Positions 43,592-53,400 of a DNA stretch of 64,000 bases are shown piece after piece (within the stretch, counting starts at the first letter, position 1; every line of letters begins with the position of its first letter). The stretch spans positions 224,001-288,000 of IMG/VR virus record IMGVR_UViG_3300045988_174371; one strand, written 5' to 3'. The DNA is from a virus. A program made the translations under genes and the position numbers. The notes beneath the pieces are model-generated. The model was not told where the DNA came from, made no database searches, and saw only the letters and a program-made list of their open reading frames with translations.

Positions 43592-43596
43592 CTGTC

Positions 43597-43820
43597 AGTG
43601 GCTTACGAAATTAGCTGTCAGGCTCGGCATGTCAGATTCTTGCCTAACTTCAGGTGAAGTCTTCGCCTCTAGAGAGATGCCTGTGATGCGCAAGACAATG
43701 CTTGTCGTACCCGCGCCGCAGGTACACATCTCAGATGTGGTTCTTCCGCCTCTCGGAAGGTAAATTGTTAGCCCCAAGGCTTGAGCTGAACCCCGAGAGC
43801 TCAACCAGCTCAGCTCGTCA
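43597..43820 (-). promoter_or_regulatory. ydaO: ydaO-yuaA-type (cyclic-di-AMP) riboswitch candidate
   Basis: The minus-strand RNA contains CCGAGCCUGACAGCUAAUUUCGUAAGCC (43600-43627). This closely parallels the conserved 3' core I recall from B. subtilis ydaO (CCGAACCCGUCAGCUAACCUCGUAAGCG). Upstream G-rich blocks CUCGGGGUUCAGC and CUUGGGGCUAAC are present. It sits directly 5' of an NlpC/P60 gene, a known context for this riboswitch in Actinobacteria. Confidence 0.65.
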
Positions 43821-43825
43821 CATTT

Positions 43826-43882
43826 CCAGAAAAGATGAAGCCGACTTCCGTAGGCGAAACTGCCAAACGGAAGTCGGCTTCA
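43826..43882 (-). terminator. Intrinsic terminator-like hairpin downstream of the CPBP gene
   Basis: 15-bp perfect arms (43836-43850 and 43868-43882). The minus strand continues TCTTTTCTGG. Confidence 0.6.
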
Positions 43883-43910
43883 CAAGGTCTTTCACCTTGG
43901 AACCTTAAAA

Positions 43911-43921
43911 ATTGTACCACT
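43911..43921 (-). promoter_or_regulatory. CTTTCAGTGGTACAAT motif (extended -10 candidate)
   Basis: The minus strand reads ctttcAGTGGTACAAT. The same 13-nt core occurs at 26849-26863 and 26903-26917. It lies upstream of the hairpin and riboswitch. Confidence 0.4.
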
Positions 43922-43951
43922 GAAAGTATAGCGGCGCAACAGCCACCTGCC

Positions 43952-44854
43952 TTACGAAATGAGCAGAGACGCAATCATGCCATTCACCCCGTAGAGCAAA
44001 GCAAGGTTATAAACGGCATGTGCAATCCATGAGGCGTAGATGTTCTGAGTCTTCAGCGCCAGGAAGCACAAAGCAATACCCGAAAGCACATACATGAGCA
44101 CCTGCGGAGCGATAGAGAACAAAGTGCCAGTGAAGATGTCCATAGAGCCAAGCGAAACCGCGAGATTAAACGAAGTGAGCAGAGTGCCTGCAACATGGTA
44201 TGCCATGAACCCCAAGGAAGACAGCAGAACCATAAGAACCTTCGCGCCAGGAATGACACTGTTGCGCACGGCAGACATAAGAACACCACGGAACAGCATT
44301 TCCTCAGCAATGGGCGCGAGAGCTACCGTAAACCCAAGGTAAGCCAAGAGCGTAGGGAGATTCATCACCTGGTAGGGCGCTACAGCCTCCACAGGCGGCT
44401 TTCCACCCGCCAACATCGTAGAACCCACACTGATGACCATAAGCGCCACAGCGCCCAGCAGACCGCTCCACAGGTACCTATAAGACAGCATAGGGTTGAA
44501 GACACCAAACAAGACGGAGCGGATGGAGCCGCCAATTCGAGGTGCCACCAGCTTAGCAACAATCACCGTAACCCCAATGATGGTGGCGCTGTACACCATT
44601 GAGACAATGTGATGATTCGCAACAGGGAGGTTAAGGCTCGCAATTGGGTTGCTAAGAAGCCAGGTAATGCCGTTGCTGACGACAAACACGGCGACAATTG
44701 CCGCCAACCCATAGAAAGCAAGCTTCAGTAGACTTCCAGCGCTACTGGAGGTAGGGGAACTAACCTTTTCAGGGATGACATCGGCGGAGTGTTCTTCCTG
44801 CTCCTGTGCAGGCAAAGTGGAAGGCTCAGCGGCGGCAGTCGTATTTTCAGACAC
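43952..44854 (-). CDS. CPBP (CAAX/Abi) family intramembrane protease
   Basis: Multi-TM protein with IAEEMLFRGV, FMAYHV and AHAVYN. GTG start. Confidence 0.8.
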   Translation of the reverse strand: MSENTTAAAEPSTLPAQEQEEHSADVIPEKVSSPTSSSAGSLLKLAFYGLAAIVAVFVVSNGITWLLSNPIASLNLPVANHHIVSMVYSATIIGVTVIVAKLVAPRIGGSIRSVLFGVFNPMLSYRYLWSGLLGAVALMVISVGSTMLAGGKPPVEAVAPYQVMNLPTLLAYLGFTVALAPIAEEMLFRGVLMSAVRNSVIPGAKVLMVLLSSLGFMAYHVAGTLLTSFNLAVSLGSMDIFTGTLFSIAPQVLMYVLSGIALCFLALKTQNIYASWIAHAVYNLALLYGVNGMIASLLIS

Positions 44855-44973
44855 GAATATCTATTCCTTTCAGTAGTAAAGTTTCAAGCAGGGGTGGTAT
44901 AAGTATAACGCATTGGCGGGCTAACTAAAGAGAAGACCTCAATAGTTAGCCCGCCAATCTCGCTAACTATACA

Positions 44974-46581
44974 CTAGTCAGCGATGCGCTTGTAATAGGT
45001 TCGAGGACGCAAGCCCTGAGCCTTATTCAGACGGCGCGCCTCAGCAATATCTGCCATGTCGCGCTTACGGTACTCAGCGAAAGTCATACCGTACTTGTAG
45101 GTTTCGTATTCGTAATCGTCAGCAAAACGCTTATCGGTACCTGCACGGCGCTTCATATCCTTCGCCTCGGCGTAAGGAAGAAGACCTTCAATGTAGAGCA
45201 AGTAGCCGTCTTCGGTGCCGAAAACAAACTTCGGGTTGCCAGAGTTGCCGGTAAGGATTACGCCAAAGCTATTACCAGATACCTTGAACAGCTCATTGCG
45301 GAGCTTGTCGGAAGTGTCAGCAGACTTGTAGCGCTTGAAGTCACCCTTATTGACCTGCCACACCAGCTGGCTCTGGGTGTTAATGATGGTCAGGTCGCCA
45401 AACTGGGAGCGAATGGCGTGCCACACCTCAGAGTTTGAGGACATGTAGGTGTGAAGGATGCCCATGTCCTTCTCGGGGTTACTTTCGTTCGGGATGGCAA
45501 GGTCGAAACCCTTAGCCTTGTTGCGGTGACGAATGTAACCCTGGATGCCGCGAACGTTGCGGTCAGACTTCATATCGCCGGGCTCGAAACGCCAACCATC
45601 CGCAAACTCGTAAACGTCAGACGGCAGGACAGTGGCAGGGGAAGTAAATACATCGCTCACAGTCCAGTTATGGTCGTAACCATGCTCATCGGAGTAAACG
45701 TTGGGGTTGGTTACGTTCGAACGGGAGAAGCCGTCATCGCGAACAGCCTGAAGCTTAGTACCGTCACCATCCGTCAAGATGATGAGAACATCTTCCTTGC
45801 CCTTACCACGAACGTTACGGGTAGCACGAACCGTAATGTTACCACCCTGAGCATTCTGCTTAGCGGTCGGAAGCAGTCGCACAGACTGGTTCGGCGCAGA
45901 GGAAATGTATGCCGGAACAAAGCCGCCCTCAAAGTCGCCCATAAGAACGACGCCCTCTTCGTATGCCAGACCGTGAATGGGGTCATTATGGGAGCTGATG
46001 CTAATAAACAGGGTTTCATTAGTGCCCGGCGCGGAGCAGATGTCCCAGACATGTTCCGCCTTATACGGGCGACCCTGCGGGTCACGAATATCACGCAGAA
46101 CCCAATCCTTACCAGTGGTGTCCGACTCCCAAACAGCGGTGCGGTTCCACAGGTCACGGAAGTTTGCAGGCTGAGACGGGTCAGTAAGCGGGACGTAGAT
46201 GCGACCTGCCGCATACTGAGCAGTAACAGCCTCAGAGCCAGCAGGCTTGAACTGCATCAGAGAGTTGCCACTCGCATCAAAGCTGGAGAGGTAGACTCGA
46301 CTAGTGCCGTAAGTGTCGCCATTTGCGTTATAGTCGCCGTAGCCGGGGGTTACAACATTGTTCCACGGGGAAACGGTGACGGAGTTAATTGCGGAAAGCG
46401 ACGTGGTGCTGTTGCCTCGCTTGATTGCGTGACCAACAGCGGGGGTTGCTACCTTCTTGACCACGGGGTCCTTTGCGGCGGCAACGAAACGACTGCGCGC
46501 ATTGGCGGCAGGCGCATTGATAGCCATCAGTGCGCCACCAGCGGCGACACCAGCAATCAGAGAACGGCGGGAAATAGACAT
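44974..46581 (-). CDS. Tat-signal secreted hypothetical protein (535 aa)
   Basis: MSISRRSLIAGVAAGGALMAINAPAANA (twin-Arg-type signal), a beta-rich body and a basic, helical C-terminus. Confidence 0.55.
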   Translation of the reverse strand: MSISRRSLIAGVAAGGALMAINAPAANARSRFVAAAKDPVVKKVATPAVGHAIKRGNSTTSLSAINSVTVSPWNNVVTPGYGDYNANGDTYGTSRVYLSSFDASGNSLMQFKPAGSEAVTAQYAAGRIYVPLTDPSQPANFRDLWNRTAVWESDTTGKDWVLRDIRDPQGRPYKAEHVWDICSAPGTNETLFISISSHNDPIHGLAYEEGVVLMGDFEGGFVPAYISSAPNQSVRLLPTAKQNAQGGNITVRATRNVRGKGKEDVLIILTDGDGTKLQAVRDDGFSRSNVTNPNVYSDEHGYDHNWTVSDVFTSPATVLPSDVYEFADGWRFEPGDMKSDRNVRGIQGYIRHRNKAKGFDLAIPNESNPEKDMGILHTYMSSNSEVWHAIRSQFGDLTIINTQSQLVWQVNKGDFKRYKSADTSDKLRNELFKVSGNSFGVILTGNSGNPKFVFGTEDGYLLYIEGLLPYAEAKDMKRRAGTDKRFADDYEYETYKYGMTFAEYRKRDMADIAEARRLNKAQGLRPRTYYKRIAD

Positions 46582-46669
46582 AGTGTGTACTCCTAAATAG
46601 TTGAAGTTGAAGTGAATAAAAGAAGTGAATAATGCCGACCCGACTACCAGAGGCGAGCCAACGAAATTT

Positions 46670-46680
46670 AGTGTACCACA
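46670..46680 (-). promoter_or_regulatory. Extended -10 promoter candidate (TGTGGTACACT)
   Basis: The minus strand reads acaTGTGGTACACTaaa, about 90 nt upstream of the 46581 start and downstream of a 12-bp hairpin at about 46728-46785. Confidence 0.45.
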
Positions 46681-46808
46681 TGTAAAACGAGTTGCGCAAA
46701 TCGAGTGTTTTAGGCGTAAATATAGAGGGGTTCCTCCGTCCCACTCCCTTATTTAGGAAGCAAGACAGAGGAACCCCTCCGAAAACAGTCACCTTCCAGC
46801 AGGTAGCC

Positions 46809-49052
46809 CTACCACAGCTTCAAATCATACTTTGAAGTCGTTGAGCTGTCGTCATTTACCACAATATTCTCCAAATCTCCAGGCTTGAAAGCGGCTCCAC
46901 CAAAGAAGTACTCGGCACGCGCCGCCTTTAGAAAATACGGGTCAGGATACTCTAGACCGTCAGCATCCTTAAACGTCGCCTCCTTAGGCAGGTGGACAAC
47001 ATCGAGGGTTCCTTCACGATTACCCTGAGGCGCATACGCAAACCTAGTGTCACCGGATTCATCCTTATACGTCATCACAAAATCATATGAGCGTGAAGCA
47101 TCATCACTCTCCCACCAATACTCTTCAAAGCCATTAGCACTGTTTGACAGAGACGAGTCCTGCATATTGCTACGCTTATAGGTCAGAGACTCCTGCCTAG
47201 CTGTAGCACGACCAGCGAAAGCCGCCGCCAAAGTCTCCGCCTGCGAAACATCCGCAGGGTTCACAGTGGTACTAACATTAGGCAGGTAAGAGCGGCGCGA
47301 AACAGCTTGCGCCATATCCGTATAAGAGCCACCCCTAGCGCTCCTACCGCGCAACACTCGCAAGCGAGGAGTTATACCATCCTCTTCAGGGTTGCCGGGC
47401 ACAATGTCATCCAGGGTGGGCTCAAAAGTATCTGAAGCCATCTTATACTTGCCACTCTTCAGCCCCTCAACGATTACGTCAGAGAAGTACGGGTCTGTAG
47501 GGTCACCTTCAATACCTAGGCGGCTCTGCAATGCGACAAGGGCATTGTACTTGTCGTCTTCCTGCTCATTCCGAATGTAGTAATCCATTACACCTGAGAC
47601 GGCGACCGACTGGTACTGCAACTTGCGCAAACTGTTGAGCGCATCCTTCTGAGGGGCGGTGAGCTCCAAATGGGCGTTCTCCGGGTCTTGCGACAAGTCC
47701 TCGTATACATCCCTCAACTGTTCGCGCTCCTGTGCGTCCCACCTGTACGCCCGATACATGACAGCATCCTCTTGAGAGCCATACCTGCGGATAGCCGCCC
47801 TCTGCGTTACGGTATCTGAATAAGGGCTAATGTTTATTGCCACATACCCACCATCATCAATGTACTTCGTGATGGATTTATCTTTTTCGCGAACAACTGA
47901 CCCGGCAAATTGAGAGTCATTCTCTCGTAGAGGGTAATTCATATCCCCGTCTGGAGTCTGAGGGAGGCTGTGCAACAGCTCGCCATCTTCAGGGATGTAA
48001 GGGCTGGCAATACCAAACTCCATGACGTAGCCACTATCCGTCTCATCCCTATCCTGCCCCAACGGGTCAATAGTCTCAAACATTCTAACTCGACCACGCC
48101 CCTGAGGGGTCTCAGCCCAAACCTTCTGAGCGCGCTCAGCTTCCTCCTCATCAAGAGGCTTATCGAAGTTTCGCGTAATCCACGTAAGAGGCGAATACTC
48201 TACAGCCTTCAACTCCTCCGAAACATCATTACCCTCCGCCTCAAGGTCTTCCAGCATATTCCTACGCCACTCCAGAACCTCATCCAAGTCCTTCTCATCC
48301 CACCCAGCATACGCAAGAGCTTCCTTTATTCGCTCCGCATCAGTCTCAGGCTCCCAGTAGCGGTCATCGTCAAGCTCATATACAGGGCGGGCAATGCGCA
48401 TTGAAGAAACATCGAAGTCCAACGCGAACTGACCTGTATCAGGGTCAAGCCAACCCGCACTGTCCCTACCATGCTCGACAGGCTTACCCTGTACGGGCTG
48501 TTCAGTCTCTACCGGCGGCGTGGGCGGCGGGGCAATATCAATATCTACAATATGGAAGTTGTCGATAGCTTCCTCAAGAGTAGCCATTGGAATAGGCTGA
48601 GCAGGCTCTTCTGCCGCGCCAGCGTTATCGGCAGGCGGTGACGGGACATTGAGGTCAATGTCAATAAAGCTTACGTTCCCAATAGTGCCAGCGAGAGTTG
48701 CAGTGGACTCAACCTTCGGAGTTTCCTGTGGGGCTTCAGTGGGCTTATCGGGTTCAACTTCCAATAGGTCTGCTGGGTCACCTGGATAGGGATAATTCTC
48801 AGGGTCGCGGCTGTATAGCGTCCAAGGGGTTATGCCCAATGTCTCAAAAATTTCAGGGCTCAGACCATCCTCACCAAACGTATCTAGCGCCATATCGTAG
48901 TTATGTCGGCTCAAAGCTTCCAGCTCTAGCCAGCTATCTGCTTCAGCAGGAGTATTGAAGTGTGGAGCGTTGGAGGCGAACTTGCACTGATGCTCGGCAC
49001 TGCAAGGAAGCCGCCGGTTATCGTCGTTAATATGGTACTGTCCCTTAGCCAT
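46809..49052 (-). CDS. Large hypothetical protein (747 aa) with N-terminal H-C-C-H module
   Basis: The N-terminus QYHINDDNRRLPCSAEHQCKFASNAPHFNTPAEA is shared with the 504-aa protein at 53664-55178. The remainder is acidic with no recognised domain. Confidence 0.55.
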   Translation of the reverse strand: MAKGQYHINDDNRRLPCSAEHQCKFASNAPHFNTPAEADSWLELEALSRHNYDMALDTFGEDGLSPEIFETLGITPWTLYSRDPENYPYPGDPADLLEVEPDKPTEAPQETPKVESTATLAGTIGNVSFIDIDLNVPSPPADNAGAAEEPAQPIPMATLEEAIDNFHIVDIDIAPPPTPPVETEQPVQGKPVEHGRDSAGWLDPDTGQFALDFDVSSMRIARPVYELDDDRYWEPETDAERIKEALAYAGWDEKDLDEVLEWRRNMLEDLEAEGNDVSEELKAVEYSPLTWITRNFDKPLDEEEAERAQKVWAETPQGRGRVRMFETIDPLGQDRDETDSGYVMEFGIASPYIPEDGELLHSLPQTPDGDMNYPLRENDSQFAGSVVREKDKSITKYIDDGGYVAINISPYSDTVTQRAAIRRYGSQEDAVMYRAYRWDAQEREQLRDVYEDLSQDPENAHLELTAPQKDALNSLRKLQYQSVAVSGVMDYYIRNEQEDDKYNALVALQSRLGIEGDPTDPYFSDVIVEGLKSGKYKMASDTFEPTLDDIVPGNPEEDGITPRLRVLRGRSARGGSYTDMAQAVSRRSYLPNVSTTVNPADVSQAETLAAAFAGRATARQESLTYKRSNMQDSSLSNSANGFEEYWWESDDASRSYDFVMTYKDESGDTRFAYAPQGNREGTLDVVHLPKEATFKDADGLEYPDPYFLKAARAEYFFGGAAFKPGDLENIVVNDDSSTTSKYDLKLW

Positions 49053-49077
49053 AATCCAACTACTTTCATAACGTGTA

Positions 49078-49134
49078 ATATATAGGTGGTACCAAAACGC
49101 CTACATAGCAAGCCTTCTGGTACCACCTATATAT
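49078..49134. promoter_or_regulatory. 17-bp inverted repeat in a divergent intergenic region
   Basis: Arms 49078-49094 (aatatataggtggtacca) and 49118-49134 (tggtaccacctatatat) with a 23-nt spacer. Each arm contains the GGTACC palindrome. Confidence 0.4.
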
Positions 49135-49184
49135 CAATAAGAGCCGAAACACACAGGAAACCCACAGGAGTTATTCGCCCAGCC

Positions 49185-49215
49185 TTGACAGACAGCTCTA
49201 AAAATGTGCTATAGT
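49185..49215 (+). promoter_or_regulatory. pspA promoter candidate
   Basis: -35 TTGACA (49185-49190), 19-nt spacer, extended -10 TGCTATAGT (49207-49215). GAAAGG RBS before ATG 49281. Confidence 0.55.
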
Positions 49216-49280
49216 GTAACTGTAGTGGTCGCAATCTCGCGGGCACACACCAATAACCCAACCTCGAAAGGTAAAACACT

Positions 49281-50000
49281 ATGGCTAAGAAGATTGGCAT
49301 CTTTGACCGCATCTCCCAGCTGGTGAAGGCAAACATCAACGACCTCCTGGACAAGGCAGAAGACCCTCAGAAGATGCTGGCTCAGCTCATCCTTGACTAC
49401 ACCAACAACATCCGCGAAGCAGAAGGCTCTGTTGCTCAGCTCATCGGCACCCTCCGCCTACTGGAGAAGGACTACGCCGAAGACGAGAAGACTGCGAAGG
49501 AGTGGGGCACTAAGGCTCTAGCCGCCTCCAATAAGGCAGACGAGTACCGCGCCGCCGGTGACACCGCCAACGCTGACAAGTTCGACAGGCTCGCCAAGAC
49601 CGCCATCTCCAACCAGCTCGCCGCTGAGAAGAAGATGCAGATTGCTGAGCCTCAGATTACTGCACAGGCCGAGACTGTCAATAAGCTCAAGGCAAGCCTT
49701 GACGTTATGCGCAACAAGCTTGAGCAGGTGAAGCAGAAGAAGGCTGAGCTGGAGGCGCGCCAGAAGACCGCTGAAGCTACCCTGCTCATGGCAGAAACTT
49801 CCAAGAACTTCAACACTATTGACCCCACCTCTGCACTGGCAGGTGTGGAAGAGAAGGTTCGCCGCCTGGAAGCCAAGTCCCTGGGTGAGCAGGAGCTTGC
49901 TGAAAGCCGCCTAGATGACGACTTCGAGGCACTTGCAGACCTTGAGCGTGACCAGGAGCTAGAGGCTCGCCTTGCGGCTCTGAAGGGTAACAAGGCATAG
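49281..50000 (+). CDS. pspA: PspA/IM30 family membrane-stress protein
   Basis: MAKKIGIFDRISQLVKANINDLLDKAEDPQKMLAQLILDY is the typical PspA N-terminus. Long coiled coil throughout. Confidence 0.9.
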   Translation: MAKKIGIFDRISQLVKANINDLLDKAEDPQKMLAQLILDYTNNIREAEGSVAQLIGTLRLLEKDYAEDEKTAKEWGTKALAASNKADEYRAAGDTANADKFDRLAKTAISNQLAAEKKMQIAEPQITAQAETVNKLKASLDVMRNKLEQVKQKKAELEARQKTAEATLLMAETSKNFNTIDPTSALAGVEEKVRRLEAKSLGEQELAESRLDDDFEALADLERDQELEARLAALKGNKA

Positions 50001-50074
50001 CCCTAAGGCAATAACGTCACCCAGCGATGCATTACATGTAGGTGATTTGGCTGTTACCCCGCAGGAGTGACGCA

Positions 50075-50114
50075 GTGAAACCCCCAACCAGTCAAGGTTG
50101 GGGGTTTCACTTTT
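50075..50114 (+). terminator. Intrinsic terminator of pspA
   Basis: 15-bp perfect arms gtgaaacccccaacc (50075-50089) and ggttgggggtttcac (50097-50110) followed by TTTT. It abuts the 3' end of the minus-strand tRNA. Confidence 0.8.
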
Positions 50115-50122
50115 ATACGCAG

Positions 50123-50210
50123 AGACGGTGACGGGATTTGAACCCGCATACCCGCGAACGGGTGTAACAGTTTTGCAGACTGCCGCCTAAACCAATTCAG
50201 CCACACCGTC
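50123..50210 (-). tRNA. 88-nt class II-shaped tRNA with anticodon GCA (Cys) and discriminator U73; no encoded CCA
   Basis: Hand-folded. Acceptor stem GACGGTG/CACCGTC, U8, 3-bp D stem with GG in the loop, anticodon stem GCAGT/ACTGT, loop CTGCAAA. Long variable arm ACCCG-TTCG-CGGGT. T arm GCGGG-TTCAAAT-CCCGT. Confidence 0.85.
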
Positions 50211-50450
50211 GTAAGCCCCTCAGGGGCTATGTAAGCGGCTAATGCCAACTTATATGTAAAACTCTATCAGATGGAGGTTGAAATGCGCAAGCGGGGCATA
50301 TAGCCCCTTTGCAGGTGGCGGTATGCCCCGCTTGCGCGAGTGAAAATGCGTGTAAGTGTGCCCATCTATAAGCTCCGTCCAACGACCCTTACAATATGTC
50401 GCCGGTGCATATGGATGGATAATTACAACACTTACAGTATAGCGTATCTC

Positions 50451-53400
50451 CTACTTGGCTGTAAAGTACCCATCAACAGGCATCCATGAAGTCGGGTGGA
50501 TAAGGGTGCCATTTGACGGGTTGAGAGCAGAAATCATCTTCCCATCGCCCAAGTAGATACCAACATGGTTGTACCCGTTCTGGAACACAATGTCGCCAGG
50601 CTGAGGGGTGGCAGTAGGCTTCAGCTCATTCTTCATTGCAAAAGTGTACGGGGTGAGCTTAATGCCGTGCTGAGCGTAAACCCAGGAGACGAAGCCGGAG
50701 CAGTCCCACAACTTAAAGGTCTTGCCACCCCAAACATAGGTACCGCCTAGACCGCTCTTAGCCGTCGCCACAATCTTATCCTTAACGTTAGCGGACTGAT
50801 TAACTAGTGGCTCAGCGGATAGGCTTGCAGGCACTACAACTGACCCACGTGCGACATTATGCAGAGTACTGAGCTTGCCAGTGCGCGAGAACCACTGAGT
50901 AGTAGCGTTACGGTTACCAACAACGTCGCTCACCGGGAAGCCATGCTTGTCCCAGTGACCTTCACGAGCCCACTTCTTACCTACCTCGCTGTTGAACTGG
51001 ATGACGTGCGTGCGGTTAGCGGAAGCATCCCAGCCAACGATGTAGTAGTCGTCACCATTCTTGAAGTCCTGAGCACGCCCACCATGCACGTAATACTCTT
51101 CACTTACAGGAACGCCGAGTTTATTCTTGCCCACCTCGCCGTAGCTCAGCCACTTGCGCGCAATAGCACTATTGATGTCAATACTATGCACGCCGGTCTG
51201 CTCCGTCCATACCAGCTTAACGGTACGACCATCCTTAGTCAGGAAGTCCTGCGTCACAACACCGTTACCCTGGCTGGTTTCCTCAGAGATAGGTACACCA
51301 ATCTCGTTCTGGTGTTGCTCCCAATAGTGACCGATAGCGCCCGGCATCCAAATGTTATAAACACCAGTCTTCTCAGTCCACACCATCTTATGTCCAGAGC
51401 CGAAGTCCTGATAAGTGTAGCCGTTCTTAGTGACCTCTTCAGTCGTTGGGTACTTGTAGGTGCCTGCTGAGCCACCTGCCTGAACCCAACGGTTACCAAT
51501 CGCGCCGCGAGTCCAGATAGTCTTACCCCGAGCCTGATGAGAATAAACTACCGTATGCCCAGACTCGAAACGCTGTTCCCAGGAGGTAGCACTGGTCTTA
51601 CGCTCATTCTCAACAGGCGCACCATAGTTGCGCCTAGTGTCAGTCAGATACTTCTTAATACCATTGACAGCCTGGAACTTGGAGGTCGGGTCAGAAACAG
51701 AGACCTTGCCGGTAGCCTTATCCAAGGTAAGGCGAGTCACAACACCATTCTCAGTACGGAAGTCCTGGTAAACCGTGTTACCCTGAGCCACCTCATCGGT
51801 GATAGGCGTACCAATCGTGCGCACATCACCCATCTCAAGCCACTTATTCGTAATAGGCTCGAAGTTAGTCATGACGTGGACACCATTCTTGGCTGACCAA
51901 ATCAGTTTCTTGCCGCTATCGAAGTCTTGCTGTGCAGACTCACGGAAGCTGTACTCGTCAGTCAAGGGGTACCCAAAGCGCCCATATTCGTTACCGTTCT
52001 TTACCCAGAGGTCACCGATTGCTCCACGCAGGTAGATAGCACCACCCTTACCATCCTTACGGTGCAGGATACGGTAACTATTCGTGAAGTCCTGAGCCCA
52101 ACCTCCCGGCAACGCAAGCTCACGCCCAATAGGGGTGCCGTAACGCGCCTCATCCTTATGCCAGTAGCTACCGATACCAGAGTAAATGTTGATGTAGCCG
52201 CCGTTATTGAAGTGACGGTCACCATTATCCTTGACGGGAGCGGGGGCATCCTTCGGCTTCTCGGGGGCGGCAGAACGGTCAGTTACCGGCGAAGGGGACA
52301 CCTTGCCATTACTGCCCCACTTAGAAACATAATCGCGGTTGCGCACAAAGTTATCCAGCTCAGCGGCAGTACCGTTGAATACGTTGGAGTCACCGGCGAA
52401 CGGCGCAACAGATGAGAACTGCCAAATGTCGAAGCTGGTAGAGCCGCCAGGCATGAAGCCAGGACCCGTGGAATAGTTTGCAATATGCAACGGCAAACCA
52501 TTGAACTCATTGGTGCCACCCATACAAGTATTCCACCAGTCAGTAGTGGAGTAGATGGTGGGGTAGCGTCCGGTCTTATCCTTATAGGTATTCACAAAGT
52601 CCCACGTCCAAGTCTTCAACTGAGACTGAGACATGCCGAAGCAAGTGTTGCCTAGCGACGGGTAGGGGTTGTATTCCAAGTCAAGCATACCCGGCAAAGT
52701 CTTGCCGTCTGCCGTCCAGCCGCCACCGTTCTTAATGAAAATTTCAGCCTGAGTACGCCCAGAGGACTGCGGCGGCAAGGCGAAGTGGTAGCCGCCAGTG
52801 ACAAGACCTGCGTCACGTGCTCCCGCATAGTGCTTGGAGAACGTAGGGTCTACATAGGTGGTGCCTTCACTGCTCTTCATCCAGGAGAAGCGGCTACCAG
52901 CGGCATACTGCGCTCCCCAGTTGATGTTCGGCTGATGGTTCGAGACATCCTGACCTAGGACACCCCAGGAGGGCTTCCAGCCGTTCCTGGTGGTTAGCGG
53001 GACTACAGCCAGGGTAGGTGCGGTCGCGTTAGAGATAGTTGAGTCCTGTGCGCCAGTAAGGTTCTGCTTGTCAATAGCCTGCGCCTTAGCACCCCAGCCG
53101 ACAGTAGCGCCCCCCTTCTTCGCGCCCTCTTCAGGAGTCTCAGCGAGAGCAACCTGAATGTTCTGGACGGATACAGAGCCCTGCAAGGTAGGCGCGGCTT
53201 CAGTAGTAGCAGTATCACCCTCTAGATGGGTTTCCGCGTCATTCTTAATGGTTTCCGTCTCGGAGACCGTAATAGTTGAACCGGCGGTAAGAGGCTTCTT
53301 CTTCTCATCCGGCTCAGCATTAGCCACAGCCGGAGCTACTGTGCCTGCAATAGTAGCAGTCAGCAGGGCAGAAGCGAGAACGGTCTTCTTAACGTTGGTA

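Noticed and set aside
43595-43804. 69-aa minus-strand ORF in the gap upstream of the NlpC/P60 gene
   Set aside because: It overlaps the conserved core of the riboswitch candidate. It has no RBS and an implausible composition. The region is better explained as structured leader RNA.
50054-50248. 64-aa minus-strand ORF
   Set aside because: It is fully explained by the tRNA (50123-50210) and the pspA terminator hairpin.
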